Shown here piece by piece: positions 51,005 through 61,702 of a stretch of 64,000 nucleotides of DNA. The notes beneath the pieces are model-generated. The model saw only the letters and a program-made list of their open reading frames with translations. It did not search any database and had not been told where the DNA came from. Source of the DNA: an uncultured archaeon (GTDB lineage Archaea; Asgardarchaeota; Hermodarchaeia; Hermodarchaeales; Hermodarchaeaceae); contig CAYFXC010000003.1 in assembly GCA_964347045.1 (NCBI GenBank), positions 115,722-179,721 on the forward strand. Reading direction: 5' to 3'. Made by a program: the position numbers and the translations under genes. Position 1 is the first letter of the stretch; every line of letters starts with the position of its first letter.

Positions 51005-51959
51005 TTAACCTCGTTTATGGCGGAAGAAGCCCGAACAAGCTTGGGACATGATACCCTTCTTTTCTAGTTCATCAAGAATCAAATTCATACCAAGAGAATC
51101 AGAGCTATCATGTCCAGCGATTATCACATAAATTCCTTCTTTCTCAGTTTCCTTTCTAAGGGCGTCCGTCCAATGCATCGTAATTATGGTACTAACACCA
51201 GCCCGGGCAAGTTTTTGTATGGATTCAGGTCCCGGGCTTGTACCACCTGTGAAAAAGATGAATTTTTCGCCCACACTCCCTTCATCACTGCCGACAAGGA
51301 TTTCAGGACCAGCTCCGACTTTCTCCGCTTCTTGATATTCAGGGATTTCTAGGAGTGAATCGACTAAATCTCCGAGGGTGACTGGATTTTTGTCCTTTAG
51401 ATAGTTTGTCAGGTATTGATAGCCAAGGGAATCTGCTGGTGTATGCGCACACATGAATGGGATGTCCAGCAAACGGGCGGCATCAATAGTTTGGGTGTGG
51501 TTTCGAGCCTTAGTTGCCCAGTGTATTTCTTTAAGTCGCTTCGCCATTGCGGATTCTGCTTGAGCTATGGGTACTCCGACTCGGACCCAGTGTTCAGGTT
51601 GGAGACGCATTACGAAGTCTAGCCGTGACGTGCCAATGCCATGAGGGTGATGGGCGAGCACCAAATCGACTTTCTTCCCTTTATCGCTTAATCGATCCGC
51701 TAGAACGATTTCACCGGATGTAATGTCAATACCGGCGAGAAGTTTTGTAATTTCCCGATCGGGATCACCATACAATATTCGACAGTCTGTGTAAGGATTC
51801 CAAGTGACATCTTTATCGGCAAGTTCTTTTTTTCTTACCTTCGAGTTTGTCATATTTCTTTTTCGATGACTCAAGGACCTTTTTGACTTTCTTTTCACCA
51901 CGGGGATCCGCTTTAATTCCCATATCGACAATCAGATGATAGATTTCTCCGTGCTTCAT
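51005..51959 (-). pseudogene. NIF3-family (NGG1p-interacting factor) protein, frameshifted in an A7 run
   Basis: N-terminus MKHGEIYHLIVDMGIKADPRG from ATG 51959 hits TAA just after the A7 run (51827-51833). The body (NPYTD, AHHP, HTPAD, AGHDSSDSLG) is in the next frame. Confidence 0.75.
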
Positions 51960-52037
51960 GTCTAAGGCATAAATTCTGGATAGTTTCAATCTTTCGGATG
52001 CAAAAAATAAACAAAATGTACTTCTGTGGGTTTGGAT

Positions 52038-52631
52038 CTATTCCTTTAGTATTCCTTTCTTTACTGCATCATCAAGAAGATTAAGTGTATAATTCCAAAG
52101 GATGGTAGAACCTCTATTCATGTGTTTTTTTGTGGTTATGATCTGTGATTTAATGATTTTATGAATCCGCCATGAGCATCCTCCGTTAAGATATGCGAGT
52201 AGAAGAGGTTGCAGTGAATCAATTGTTCGGGCAAACTTTGCCTCTGGTGTCTTCATGGCTTCATATTCTTCCCACATCGATAGGAATTCCTTTTGTTGGT
52301 CCTCAGGAAGTAATTTGAAGAGTCGATCGGCGGCTTTAGTTTCGCGATTATTTTGGTCCTTTGCATGTTCTTTATCGTAAATGAAGGTATCACCTGCATC
52401 AATTTCAACTAAATCATGAATGAGCAACATTTTCATGACTTTAAGTATGTCAACAGTTGCTTGGTTTGCATACTCACTCAACAAAATTGCCATGATCGTA
52501 ATATGCCAGGAATGTTCTGCATCGGTTTCTTTGCGACTCGCATCAACAAGCCAAGATTCACGAACTACTTGTTTCAATTTATCGATTTCAGCAATGAAAT
52601 CCATTTGTTGGGAAAGGCGAGGGAAATCCAT
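52038..52631 (-). CDS. HD-domain hydrolase (YfbR/HDDC2-like)
   Basis: LKQVVR, ETDAEHSW and HDLVEIDAGD motifs. Confidence 0.9.
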   Translation of the reverse strand: MDFPRLSQQMDFIAEIDKLKQVVRESWLVDASRKETDAEHSWHITIMAILLSEYANQATVDILKVMKMLLIHDLVEIDAGDTFIYDKEHAKDQNNRETKAADRLFKLLPEDQQKEFLSMWEEYEAMKTPEAKFARTIDSLQPLLLAYLNGGCSWRIHKIIKSQIITTKKHMNRGSTILWNYTLNLLDDAVKKGILKE

Positions 52632-52684
52632 GTTGAGTACTAGGCGCGAGGATACATATTGATTTGTCGGACGCCTAAGACTGG

Positions 52685-53680
52685 CTAATCCTCATCAGAA
52701 CCGACGATATAGGTTTCACTTGACTCTTCAACTTCTTCGGATTCTACTTTTGCAGGCGGTTCAGTTGGTTCGTCAGCACCAAGAAATTCAGAGATATCAA
52801 CATCAACGACACACATTTGTGATAATTCTTGGGTGCCTCGTGAATCCATATAGGTTTTGAGAATCTTTTGGAGCTTCGGTAGATAGCGGTCATAGGCTAG
52901 AAGCATGAATAGTGGCATGTAGATGAAAATAAAAGGATTCAGCAGGGTGACAAAAACAATGAACCAAGATGGAACCCATGGCCAAGAAAAGGGTGGGATT
53001 CCAAGGGCGTAAAGTAAGGCTGTATAGCCAATGATTCCTGCATAGAATAGAAGTATCGAAATTCCTGCATATCCCGCTAGTAAATAGGTTAATACTCGTC
53101 CAGCGCTAAAGAGTTCTTGAGAACCACTGGGTGGTTGGCTATGAAAGAGGATTTTTGTGTCATCGATTAGCCAAGATGAGGGAAGAATAACTCCTAGAGC
53201 GATAAATACGATTGGAAAAATAACAGCAGCAATATTCCACGCATTTACAACCATGGGTAATTCAGGTACCCAAAGAATGAATGCTTGACCGAAATAGGAC
53301 GCGACGGTAAGAGATAGTCCAAATGTAAGTAATAGGGCAAATATAGCTCGACGAAAAACTGTGTAAAGTTCAGATGGTTTTTTCGTATCTACTCCGTAAT
53401 AGTAAACCTCACTTCCTGGATTGAGTAGGCGATTTAATGGTAATACAAGCCATCGTGGTGTGAGAACAGCCATGATTAGGTAGAAGGGAATTGCTAGGAT
53501 TGGGAGTAGATAGAACAGAATGAGCCAGTCTGTGACACCACTTCCTGGAATAATGGGACTTATTTCAATCCAACCGAAAATAAGCATAGGTATGATGTAG
53601 TTTAGAATCGCCCAAATGACATCTATTGTAATAACTACTGCAATAACCAACATGACGATTAAGTACGTCTTTCGATTCAT
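52685..53680 (-). CDS. Polytopic membrane protein of unknown function
   Basis: About 6 TM segments, acidic C-terminal tail, AGGTG RBS. Confidence 0.75.
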   Translation of the reverse strand: MNRKTYLIVMLVIAVVITIDVIWAILNYIIPMLIFGWIEISPIIPGSGVTDWLILFYLLPILAIPFYLIMAVLTPRWLVLPLNRLLNPGSEVYYYGVDTKKPSELYTVFRRAIFALLLTFGLSLTVASYFGQAFILWVPELPMVVNAWNIAAVIFPIVFIALGVILPSSWLIDDTKILFHSQPPSGSQELFSAGRVLTYLLAGYAGISILLFYAGIIGYTALLYALGIPPFSWPWVPSWFIVFVTLLNPFIFIYMPLFMLLAYDRYLPKLQKILKTYMDSRGTQELSQMCVVDVDISEFLGADEPTEPPAKVESEEVEESSETYIVGSDED

Positions 53681-53761
53681 GCTCTAGCACCTATACTAGG
53701 TCTTGTTAATTAGCAAGGTGTTAAAGCTTACTAAAAGGTTCTTGAGGTCTGTTTCGAAGAG

Positions 53762-55084
53762 CTAGGTTTTTGTGGATTCTTCTTTGAACCGAATATCAAA
53801 GGTTTCCAGTTCTTTGAGAATTGGCTCATAAAGTTCAGGCACAATCGGAATCTGAACACCTTTTAATTGAATTTCACGTGTTAGAATCATATGTGAGGCA
53901 ATAGCAGCGGGAAGTGCGACAGTTCGGCTCATGGACGAATCTCCATTCGGAATTCCATAATCAATGAGAGTTGAACTAACCTGTTCACGTGTGTTGTCTT
54001 TGTGCTCGATTGTAAATTGGTGCTGCATAACGATCATGTCTCGTTCACCTGGTGCATATTGTAACTTTTCTTGAAAGAGGGTTACAAGTACATCTATGGG
54101 AGCTCCCCAGTCACTTGGAATATCCTTGTCTCCAAATAACCCTAACCATTCGTATCGTTTAATTACCGCATCATCTGTAGGAAGGGTTAATCGCGCCGCG
54201 ACCTCTTTTTTAAGATCAGAACCTGCTGACAGCTTTAGATATTTCCGTAGAAATTGTCCATAGGTCAAGTCATGTAGAGGCTGTTCATCGAGCTCAAGAA
54301 GTCCTAGTTTCCTAATGTTGTACATGGTTTTACACCAACCTGGATAGCGGAGTGTTCCACGAAGCATTGTCTGGATGCCTTTCAAGCCATATATGTCGAT
54401 ATATTGAAGTGAATCTCGATTCGGATAACCTTCGAATTCACCTAGCTCTGGTACAGATTCTATATGGCAATTGTTGAACAATTCCTCCCCTGGAATTTGA
54501 ACTTCTTTCCCATCCTTTCGAAATTGTGCAGAGTTCCGCCCCGCTAAGAGTACGCCACGGGGACTCCAAGAGAGCTTATAACCAAAAGGATTGGTATTCG
54601 CATCTGGGGCTGGTAATCCTCCTGTGAAGCTAGTAAATTCGACAATTTTAGCCCCTTCCGCTTGAGCCTTATGGATAATTCTCATAGCCGACATATGATC
54701 TTGTCCAGGATCAACTCCACACTCGTTTAGAATAATGATATCCGCGCGTTTTGCCTGTTCATCCAGGTTTCGCATTTTATCTGATACATATGAAGTGGTC
54801 ACCATATTCACTTTGTTCTGAAGACATTCTCGAGCTACCTGAACATGAAAAGTATACGGGAGTAACGAAACCACAAGGTCGACGGGTTTTACTAAATCCC
54901 TTAGATCCTTTGATTGACGGCTAATATCAAATGCGCGTGCTTCTCCGTTCGGGTGGTCTCCAACGAGATTCATTGCTTTGCTCACAGTTCGGCTTGCGAC
55001 AGTAACCTGATAATTATGATCTAGCATATATTGTACATATGGTCGAGCAACTAGCCCTGCGCCAAGAACCAAGACATGTTTCAT
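53762..55084 (-). CDS. Saccharopine dehydrogenase (glutamate-forming type)
   Basis: LGAGLVA, VSLLPY, NECGVDPGQDHMSA, GGLPAP..NPFGYKLSWSPRG, YPNRDS and RGTLRYPG motifs. Confidence 0.93.
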   Translation of the reverse strand: MKHVLVLGAGLVARPYVQYMLDHNYQVTVASRTVSKAMNLVGDHPNGEARAFDISRQSKDLRDLVKPVDLVVSLLPYTFHVQVARECLQNKVNMVTTSYVSDKMRNLDEQAKRADIIILNECGVDPGQDHMSAMRIIHKAQAEGAKIVEFTSFTGGLPAPDANTNPFGYKLSWSPRGVLLAGRNSAQFRKDGKEVQIPGEELFNNCHIESVPELGEFEGYPNRDSLQYIDIYGLKGIQTMLRGTLRYPGWCKTMYNIRKLGLLELDEQPLHDLTYGQFLRKYLKLSAGSDLKKEVAARLTLPTDDAVIKRYEWLGLFGDKDIPSDWGAPIDVLVTLFQEKLQYAPGERDMIVMQHQFTIEHKDNTREQVSSTLIDYGIPNGDSSMSRTVALPAAIASHMILTREIQLKGVQIPIVPELYEPILKELETFDIRFKEESTKT

Positions 55085-55121
55085 TCCATTTACCTCCACG
55101 TTGCTGTTTTGTGGTGTTTTA

Positions 55122-56432
55122 TTACAAATATTTGTAAAGATATTCGTATTGGGGTGTTAATTTTCCCTGATAAACTATAACGGCTTTTTTGAGTTCGGGT
55201 GGCAAGTCTAACTGGTCAAAGGGGATAGTGTAATCTGCTTTAACGATCGGTGGTATAAATCGTTGGAGAGTTTCACTGAATGATGTTGATGCTTCTCGCG
55301 GTAATTCGGTTGGCAGATTGTCAACGGCCATAACGACCACTCCTTCGCCACTAATTCCTAGCTTAGCTTGTTCAGTATTTGGATTATAGACAAAGGTGGG
55401 ATGATCTGGTTTTGTACAATCAATTGTGAATTCAATAGCTCCATGGATATCACAGCTAATATCACCAACAATGATAAGTCGTGGGTTTCCTTGAAACTCA
55501 TCCCATAATTGTTTGAGTTCTACCTTTGTTACCATTCGAGGATAGTTGTCTGTCCAATAGATGCAGTTCATTAGCACGGTGATATATGGCAGGTATTGGA
55601 AAAAAGCTGATTCGTATTGGTTCTTTCCGTGTTCATAATAATTTTGGAGATCAAATATTGCCGAAGGCTCTTTGGGGCGTACTGTATCTTCTTCACGGAA
55701 TACGACTTTATACATCAGATGGTTATCTGGCTCTAATTTCTGTAATTCTTGTGGGATCACTGTCTTGTGGGGAAGTAAATCGAAGATGGCTTGTGCTCCA
55801 CGTGATGTGTTCCCATAACCAATGAAGCCCACCACAAGTGGTGCTAGTTCGTTCGCAAATCCTTCTGTTTTTATTCTCTCTCCAATGCCATTTATTGCGG
55901 CTTTTAATTCTTCCATACCTTCATATTCGTATGTCGGTTTCAACGCTGCAAAGGGATTGGGTTGCACGCCTTTCTTTTTCAAGCGAGCTCCGAGTCCACG
56001 AAGTGTTTCTGCCATTCCCGCATAGCCAGCCCAATTTCCAAAAAAGACTAGCCGGCGTCCTGATTCTACCTCCACTATGCGTTCGTAATCAATGAGAGTT
56101 GCGCCAACATCTAGGATTTGCTGCAACATTTCCATGTTGTAATCTTGACCCTTAATCACATGTGCAAAAAACAAATACACTTTCCCTGGTTCAAATACAT
56201 CTTTGGGAATTTCTTTTATTCCGAAAATGATGGGGGTTTCTTTTCCTTGCAAATCTCCGACTGATGCACCGACTTTCTTGTAGGATTCATCGTTAAAGGT
56301 TCTCTGTTGAGAGGGTTCCACCACGAATTCAAATCCATACTCCTTTGTCAGCTTTTCAAGATCTTTGGGGATAATTGGTGTACGAAGCTCGAAGGCTTTG
56401 TCCTCTCGACGAATTCCAACTTTCTTGGTCAT
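55122..56432 (-). CDS. Lysine-ketoglutarate reductase (AASS N-terminal-like, AlaDH/PNT fold)
   Basis: GIRREDK..E.RTP, HVIKGQDYN, LIDYERI, FGNWAGYAG, DISCD..GAIEF and VDNLPTELPREAS motifs. Confidence 0.9.
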   Translation of the reverse strand: MTKKVGIRREDKAFELRTPIIPKDLEKLTKEYGFEFVVEPSQQRTFNDESYKKVGASVGDLQGKETPIIFGIKEIPKDVFEPGKVYLFFAHVIKGQDYNMEMLQQILDVGATLIDYERIVEVESGRRLVFFGNWAGYAGMAETLRGLGARLKKKGVQPNPFAALKPTYEYEGMEELKAAINGIGERIKTEGFANELAPLVVGFIGYGNTSRGAQAIFDLLPHKTVIPQELQKLEPDNHLMYKVVFREEDTVRPKEPSAIFDLQNYYEHGKNQYESAFFQYLPYITVLMNCIYWTDNYPRMVTKVELKQLWDEFQGNPRLIIVGDISCDIHGAIEFTIDCTKPDHPTFVYNPNTEQAKLGISGEGVVVMAVDNLPTELPREASTSFSETLQRFIPPIVKADYTIPFDQLDLPPELKKAVIVYQGKLTPQYEYLYKYL

Positions 56433-56577
56433 ATAAGTCCTCCATTTAGTGGAAGAGAGGCTTCTCGGTTAGCCTCGCATGTAAAAAAGTCTAGTGCCTG
56501 CGCAAAGAAAAATGACCAATATCTCAGAACAAACTACAACATTAAAGCCAAAGGTGTATCGTTAACAGAATAGGCTG

Positions 56578-57924
56578 ATGATTATGGTTGAACGCGTCTT
56601 AACGAAAATCGATCAAAACGCGACCCAAGCCATTGAGGCAGTTAAAAAACTCTGTAGTATTCCGACTGTAGCTGCTCAAGGTCAAGGGATTGAAGAGACA
56701 GCTCAACTCGTTCAGAAAATGCTCGAAGATGCAGGGATTACTTCTGAACTTCATCCCACGTCTGGGGCTCCTGTTGTAACGGGTCACTTGGACATGGGTG
56801 CGAACCGGACCCTTCTTTTTTATGATCATTATGATGTACAGCCCGCTGAACCCTTTGATCTTTGGGTTTCACCGCCATTTGACCCTGAAATGCGTAACGG
56901 ACGTTTATACGCAAGAGGCGTCGCTGATAACAAAGGTGATACTACTTCCAGGATTTGGGCAATTCGTGCATTTCAGGATGCAGGTGTTGAAATACCAGTC
57001 AATGTGAAATTTGTAATCGAAGGGGAAGAGGAGATCAGTAGCCCAAACTTATCTGATTTTACCAAGAGAAATAATGATTTTCTCAAAGCTGACGGAGGCA
57101 TTTGGGAATTTGGGAGTGCAGGATTTGATGGGATACAAGAAGCGTGGTTGGGATTAAAAGGAATATTATATGTTCAACTAGAGGTTGAACGTCTTTCTCA
57201 TGATGCCCATTCCAGTAATTCTGCCATTCTACCATCCGCCCCCTATCGCCTAGTCTGGGCTCTGAGTTCACTAAAAGATGAAAATGAGCGTATTCTAATC
57301 CAGGGATTCTATGATAACGTTGTTCCGATGAAAGAAGAGGAACATGAATTTGTTTCGCAAATTAATTTCGAAGAAGAAGCTCGCTGTAAGTTTTATGGAA
57401 TCGACTCTTTTGTCGCTAATTATGAAGGTGCATCATTACTTGAAGCCTATTATTATCAACCTCATTTGAGCATTGACGGACTTACCAGTGGGTATCAAGA
57501 AGCTGGGTCGATGACTGTGCTCCCTGCAAAAGCATCTGCAAAAATTGATTTTCGCTTAGTGGAAAACCAACATCCTACTGAAATCGTGGAAAAACTACAA
57601 ACTCATTTAGACACATATGGGTTTACAGATGTCAAAATCGCATGGTTCGAAGGCTATCCTGCAGCAAAAACACCTGTTGACCATCCATTTGTAAAGATAA
57701 TTAGAAACGCGAACCAGATCGTTTTTGGACACCCAATACGCATTCATCCTACCTGTCCTGGATCTGGTCCATTGTACCTTTTCAAGGAATATGTACCAAT
57801 GGTTTCCATTGGTATCGGCGATCACGATTCTCGCGCCCATTCACCCAATGAAAGTATATCCGTAGATACTTTCATCAAGTCGATGAAACGTATTGCAATA
57901 ATAATCGATGAAATGGGTCAATGA
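56578..57924 (+). CDS. M20 family dipeptidase-like metallopeptidase
   Basis: HYDVQP, ARGVADNKG, EGEEEISS and HSPNE motifs. Confidence 0.93.
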   Translation: MIMVERVLTKIDQNATQAIEAVKKLCSIPTVAAQGQGIEETAQLVQKMLEDAGITSELHPTSGAPVVTGHLDMGANRTLLFYDHYDVQPAEPFDLWVSPPFDPEMRNGRLYARGVADNKGDTTSRIWAIRAFQDAGVEIPVNVKFVIEGEEEISSPNLSDFTKRNNDFLKADGGIWEFGSAGFDGIQEAWLGLKGILYVQLEVERLSHDAHSSNSAILPSAPYRLVWALSSLKDENERILIQGFYDNVVPMKEEEHEFVSQINFEEEARCKFYGIDSFVANYEGASLLEAYYYQPHLSIDGLTSGYQEAGSMTVLPAKASAKIDFRLVENQHPTEIVEKLQTHLDTYGFTDVKIAWFEGYPAAKTPVDHPFVKIIRNANQIVFGHPIRIHPTCPGSGPLYLFKEYVPMVSIGIGDHDSRAHSPNESISVDTFIKSMKRIAIIIDEMGQ

Positions 57925-58012
57925 TAGTTTATTCAGATCGATGCACGTGCTCGCAGTGTTAAATTCAATTAAATCCTATTGACTTTTAAGAAATAAGCAT
58001 ACAAGCCTCTTT

Positions 58013-58831
58013 ATGACCGAGAAAAAAGAATATTTACTTTTTCAGGTTCTTAACATCATCACAGTCATTTCAGTGATCATCATAAACATCCTCGCAAATG
58101 CGCTTCCAATCTTTGGTGTTAATACGGGACAAGTGTCTGATGCCTACCCCAACTTCTTTACACCCGCTGGCTATGTTTTTTCCATCTGGTTCATCATCTA
58201 CATTCAAGCGATTATCTTTATGTTTTATCAGGGACGTCCAAGTCAACGTAGTGAAAGTTATGTGCAAAAGATTAGCTTCTTCTACTTCTTCGCCGGTCTA
58301 GCGAATGTGGCGTGGATTTTCGTATTCCACTACTCCTATGCTTTTATGGTTACAAATCCTCCATTCTTCTTCGCATCCGTTTTTCTTCTAGTCCTTGTCT
58401 TTATAATCCTACTTTTGATTTACCTACGTCTCAGAATTGGAATTGAACCTGTTCCACGAAGTGAAAAGCTCGCTGTTCATCTTCATATTAGTGTGTATCT
58501 TGGGTGGATTTCGGTAGCAACAATCGCTGCCGTTGCTTCTGCCATAAATATTATAGTTCCTGCGCTTCCTGTAGAAACCCAACATCTAGCTACCGCCGTC
58601 ATGCTGTTTGTGGCTCTCATTCTTGCTTTAATCATGATTTATCTTCGAAGAGATTATGGTTTTGCTCTTGTTGTATTATGGGCTGCAATTGGTATCGGTG
58701 TGAAGTGGATAGCAATTCCAATAATTTGGTATTCCGCAATTACAATCGCTGTCTTACTGATTCTCGGCTTTCTTCTAATTCCATATCTAAAGAAATCTAA
58801 TCTCGTTCAATTCTACAGAGGATCTGAATAG
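58013..58831 (+). CDS. TspO/MBR-related membrane protein
   Basis: NILANALP..NTGQVSDAYPNFFTPAGYVFSIW and YLGWISVATI motifs. Confidence 0.75.
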   Translation: MTEKKEYLLFQVLNIITVISVIIINILANALPIFGVNTGQVSDAYPNFFTPAGYVFSIWFIIYIQAIIFMFYQGRPSQRSESYVQKISFFYFFAGLANVAWIFVFHYSYAFMVTNPPFFFASVFLLVLVFIILLLIYLRLRIGIEPVPRSEKLAVHLHISVYLGWISVATIAAVASAINIIVPALPVETQHLATAVMLFVALILALIMIYLRRDYGFALVVLWAAIGIGVKWIAIPIIWYSAITIAVLLILGFLLIPYLKKSNLVQFYRGSE

Positions 58832-58983
58832 TAACAAACTGCTCATCATATGTCGCACTTACTAGCGATCTCTTGAAGTGGATAGTGGTTACCCCCTCTC
58901 AAATTCTATCCCCCAAAAAATCACGATGAGGAGTACGACCATATAATTGTTCTATTATACTCCTCAAGGGATTTCTTCAAGTA

Positions 58984-59910
58984 TCAATTGGTGTCTTGCT
59001 TGCGTTTATAGTAGAATGCAACTCCAACAACAACAATAATTATTGCAGAAATGGAAGCAATGATCAATATACTATTCACACCTGTAATTAGACCCGGGTT
59101 ATAAGGAGATTCATTGATTAGCCACTGAGTAATTTTCTGAAGCAATTCCCACTCTGAATCGGGATCATCTAAGTAATCATATTGGGTTGTGCCATCACGA
59201 GCATCACCTTCTTCGTATTCAGGATGTGGGCTGCTAACGAAGAGGGTGCCGCTACCATAGCGTGCTACGAACATACCGGGCTCATTATTTTCAGGATACG
59301 ACATAATTGGCATGATGCTGTTGGGGTTTATTGGTGTAAAGAACGAGGAACCCCAGTACAAAGTTTCGTAAGTACTAGGTTCATCAGATAAATCAGGGCC
59401 TATACAATCCCGATGCACATTCATCTCTGTTAGATGGGTTCCTCCTCCAATGCCTGGAATATCAGTATCCCATGTACCTGAACTAAGCCCTAGGAATTCT
59501 GTTGCGAATAAAGCGCCACCGCAAATCCCAAAATAGGAACCGCCAGAAGCGACAAATTGACGAATTAGGTCCATACCAACTTGGTTCAGATTAGTGCTAT
59601 ACGAAAGCATTGAACCCCCAGGAAATGCAATTATGTCGAGGCCATTGAGTACACCGCCGCGAATCGACGAGCCGTTCACCCATTGAACAGTTGCTCCCAT
59701 CCATTCAAATAAGCCGCGTAGTGCGATATCACTATCTGCTGCAAGTGTGCCTGCGTTGAATACTCCGACGTTAATATCAGTCAAATTTGTTTGAGCGGTA
59801 ACTAGGTTTTGTTCGGAGTTATGAAAAACAACTGAAAATATCAGAACTGACATTATGAAAAGGGCAAGTCCTGTTTTAGTCAAGGTGTTTCTGCTTAATG
59901 ATTTTACCAT
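58984..59910 (-). CDS. Surface-anchored BPL_N / class I glutamine-amidotransferase-like protein
   Basis: Signal peptide, FPGG, FVASGGSYFGICGGA, SSPHPE and a C-terminal TM followed by KRK. Confidence 0.85.
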   Translation of the reverse strand: MVKSLSRNTLTKTGLALFIMSVLIFSVVFHNSEQNLVTAQTNLTDINVGVFNAGTLAADSDIALRGLFEWMGATVQWVNGSSIRGGVLNGLDIIAFPGGSMLSYSTNLNQVGMDLIRQFVASGGSYFGICGGALFATEFLGLSSGTWDTDIPGIGGGTHLTEMNVHRDCIGPDLSDEPSTYETLYWGSSFFTPINPNSIMPIMSYPENNEPGMFVARYGSGTLFVSSPHPEYEEGDARDGTTQYDYLDDPDSEWELLQKITQWLINESPYNPGLITGVNSILIIASISAIIIVVVGVAFYYKRKQDTN

Positions 59911-60129
59911 TTGTATTCACCATAAGCGGTATAATTGTGTGACGTTTTGGATTCTGGTAACCAAAACAGCCACATGTCGCAAAGATATATCCTCGGAAGC
60001 TGGTCGGTTCTGAATCATGCTCGTATAATTGAACCTCAAGCTCTTTCTCGAACAGATTAGTTCGGAAATGTAAAGTTCATGCCATTGTACTGCTTTTCAA
60101 GAGAAGCGAAATGTGGAATTTGAGAGCTA

Positions 60130-61086
60130 TCATTTGATATGCTGTCTTCGATAAATGATTACTATTGCACCAGCAAAAATGACAATCGCTGCGATAACAC
60201 TAGCAACTGTTAAAACCAGTATAGGGTTCAATGGGGCAACACCAGACACATTAATGAGCCAACAAGCGATAACTTGCATCAATCCCCATTCAGAATCGGG
60301 ATCATTCAATCCATCTTGGAATTCAGTCCCATCACGAGCATCGCCTTCTTCAATTTCTGGATGAGGGCTCGAAAGGAAGACATTGCCCAATCCAAATTTG
60401 AAGGTCACCATACATGGAAGCCCATTCTGTGCATAATTCGCGATAGTTGTTACATGTGACATGTCTGGGGCATCAAAATAACTACCCATCCAACTTAATG
60501 TAGAGAATGAATCAGGAAGATCGGATAAGTTGGGTCCGGTTCCGTTTTTGTTGATGGTGATAGTAACTAAGCTTTTTGTAGCAGGCAGATCCGGAAGCAT
60601 GTTTTGGAGTTCTACCTCAAAAAGTTCAAAGTGTGCCCATTCAAAATAAGCTCCACCATAAATTCCGATATATGCTCCCCCATTTCTAATAAAATTACGA
60701 ATAATGTCGTACCCAGTTGAAGTCATTTCATCTCTTAACGTATAGGGAGATATCCCGGGCATAACAAGCAAAGCATGTCCAGCGAGGCTATCATTCAACA
60801 TAGCCTCAGGAGACAGAAGAGTGATTTCTACGTTCATCCATTCTAACATATTAATGATAGCTATCCGACTTGCTAAATTCTCTGTTGAATGACCACCTAT
60901 ATACACAGCTACATGTACTCCTGATAAATCCGAGGCGCCTTGAGCTGATACAAGGCTCTGAGGAAAATTCGTCATGCAAAGCAGAACTACAAGAAAGAGA
61001 ACAATGCTCAGTGAAAACATTTGATTCTGAGTCTGACGCGTAGCCAATCTTAGCATTTCATAGTCAACTCCTACCATGTTCTCCAA
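60130..61086 (-). CDS. Surface-anchored BPL_N-like paralog (nucleophile Cys replaced by Tyr)
   Basis: FIRNGGAYIGIYGGA; SSPHPEIEEGDARDGT..DPDSEW shared with the neighbour; C-terminal TM. Confidence 0.85.
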   Translation of the reverse strand: MENMVGVDYEMLRLATRQTQNQMFSLSIVLFLVVLLCMTNFPQSLVSAQGASDLSGVHVAVYIGGHSTENLASRIAIINMLEWMNVEITLLSPEAMLNDSLAGHALLVMPGISPYTLRDEMTSTGYDIIRNFIRNGGAYIGIYGGAYFEWAHFELFEVELQNMLPDLPATKSLVTITINKNGTGPNLSDLPDSFSTLSWMGSYFDAPDMSHVTTIANYAQNGLPCMVTFKFGLGNVFLSSPHPEIEEGDARDGTEFQDGLNDPDSEWGLMQVIACWLINVSGVAPLNPILVLTVASVIAAIVIFAGAIVIIYRRQHIK

Positions 61087-61264
61087 TTAATCTAACAAAT
61101 ATACTTGGAAAATGCCTAGTTGAAAAATTGACAAAAATGCACTCGATTCGTACTCTTTCAAGAACATCTTGGTTCGGAAAGCAGAAGCGTCTTTAAAAGT
61201 AGGCGGATTGCAGCGAACCGATAATTTAAGTTCAGAACGATTGGTTCATCTATGGTGAACTACT

Positions 61265-61699
61265 GTGCTAATAAAAAAACAAAGCCGATACATTATCAAC
61301 GAATTACCTGCTGTACCAACAACTGCCATCTCAATCGATTCTAAGACACGTTCTCTTTCAACCTATGTTTCATTTGCACTCATATTTTTTGGTGCAATGG
61401 CGGCAACTGTGAATATCATAAGCAGTCTTTATCTCCAATTTTTTGTTATTCTTCCCTCAATTCCTGCGTGGATGGGCTTCCAAATTTATAACTATATCAT
61501 TTTAGATGCCTTTCTGTTTCTTGGGATGATCTTCATGTACAGTGGCGCAGTAATCATTTATTATGAAAAATCGTGGCCATATGGTGGGATTATTGCTCTG
61601 TTTGGTGCCTTCCTGACTACAACGCTTCTCAGTATCTTTATAGGCGTTCTGGGAGCATTGATCAATCTCTGTAGTCGACCAGAACCGAAGAGAACATAA
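61265..61699 (+). CDS. Small membrane protein
   Basis: 3-4 hydrophobic segments; stop lies 3 bp before the cupin gene. Confidence 0.65.
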   Translation: MLIKKQSRYIINELPAVPTTAISIDSKTRSLSTYVSFALIFFGAMAATVNIISSLYLQFFVILPSIPAWMGFQIYNYIILDAFLFLGMIFMYSGAVIIYYEKSWPYGGIIALFGAFLTTTLLSIFIGVLGALINLCSRPEPKRT

Positions 61700-61702
61700 A
61701 CA

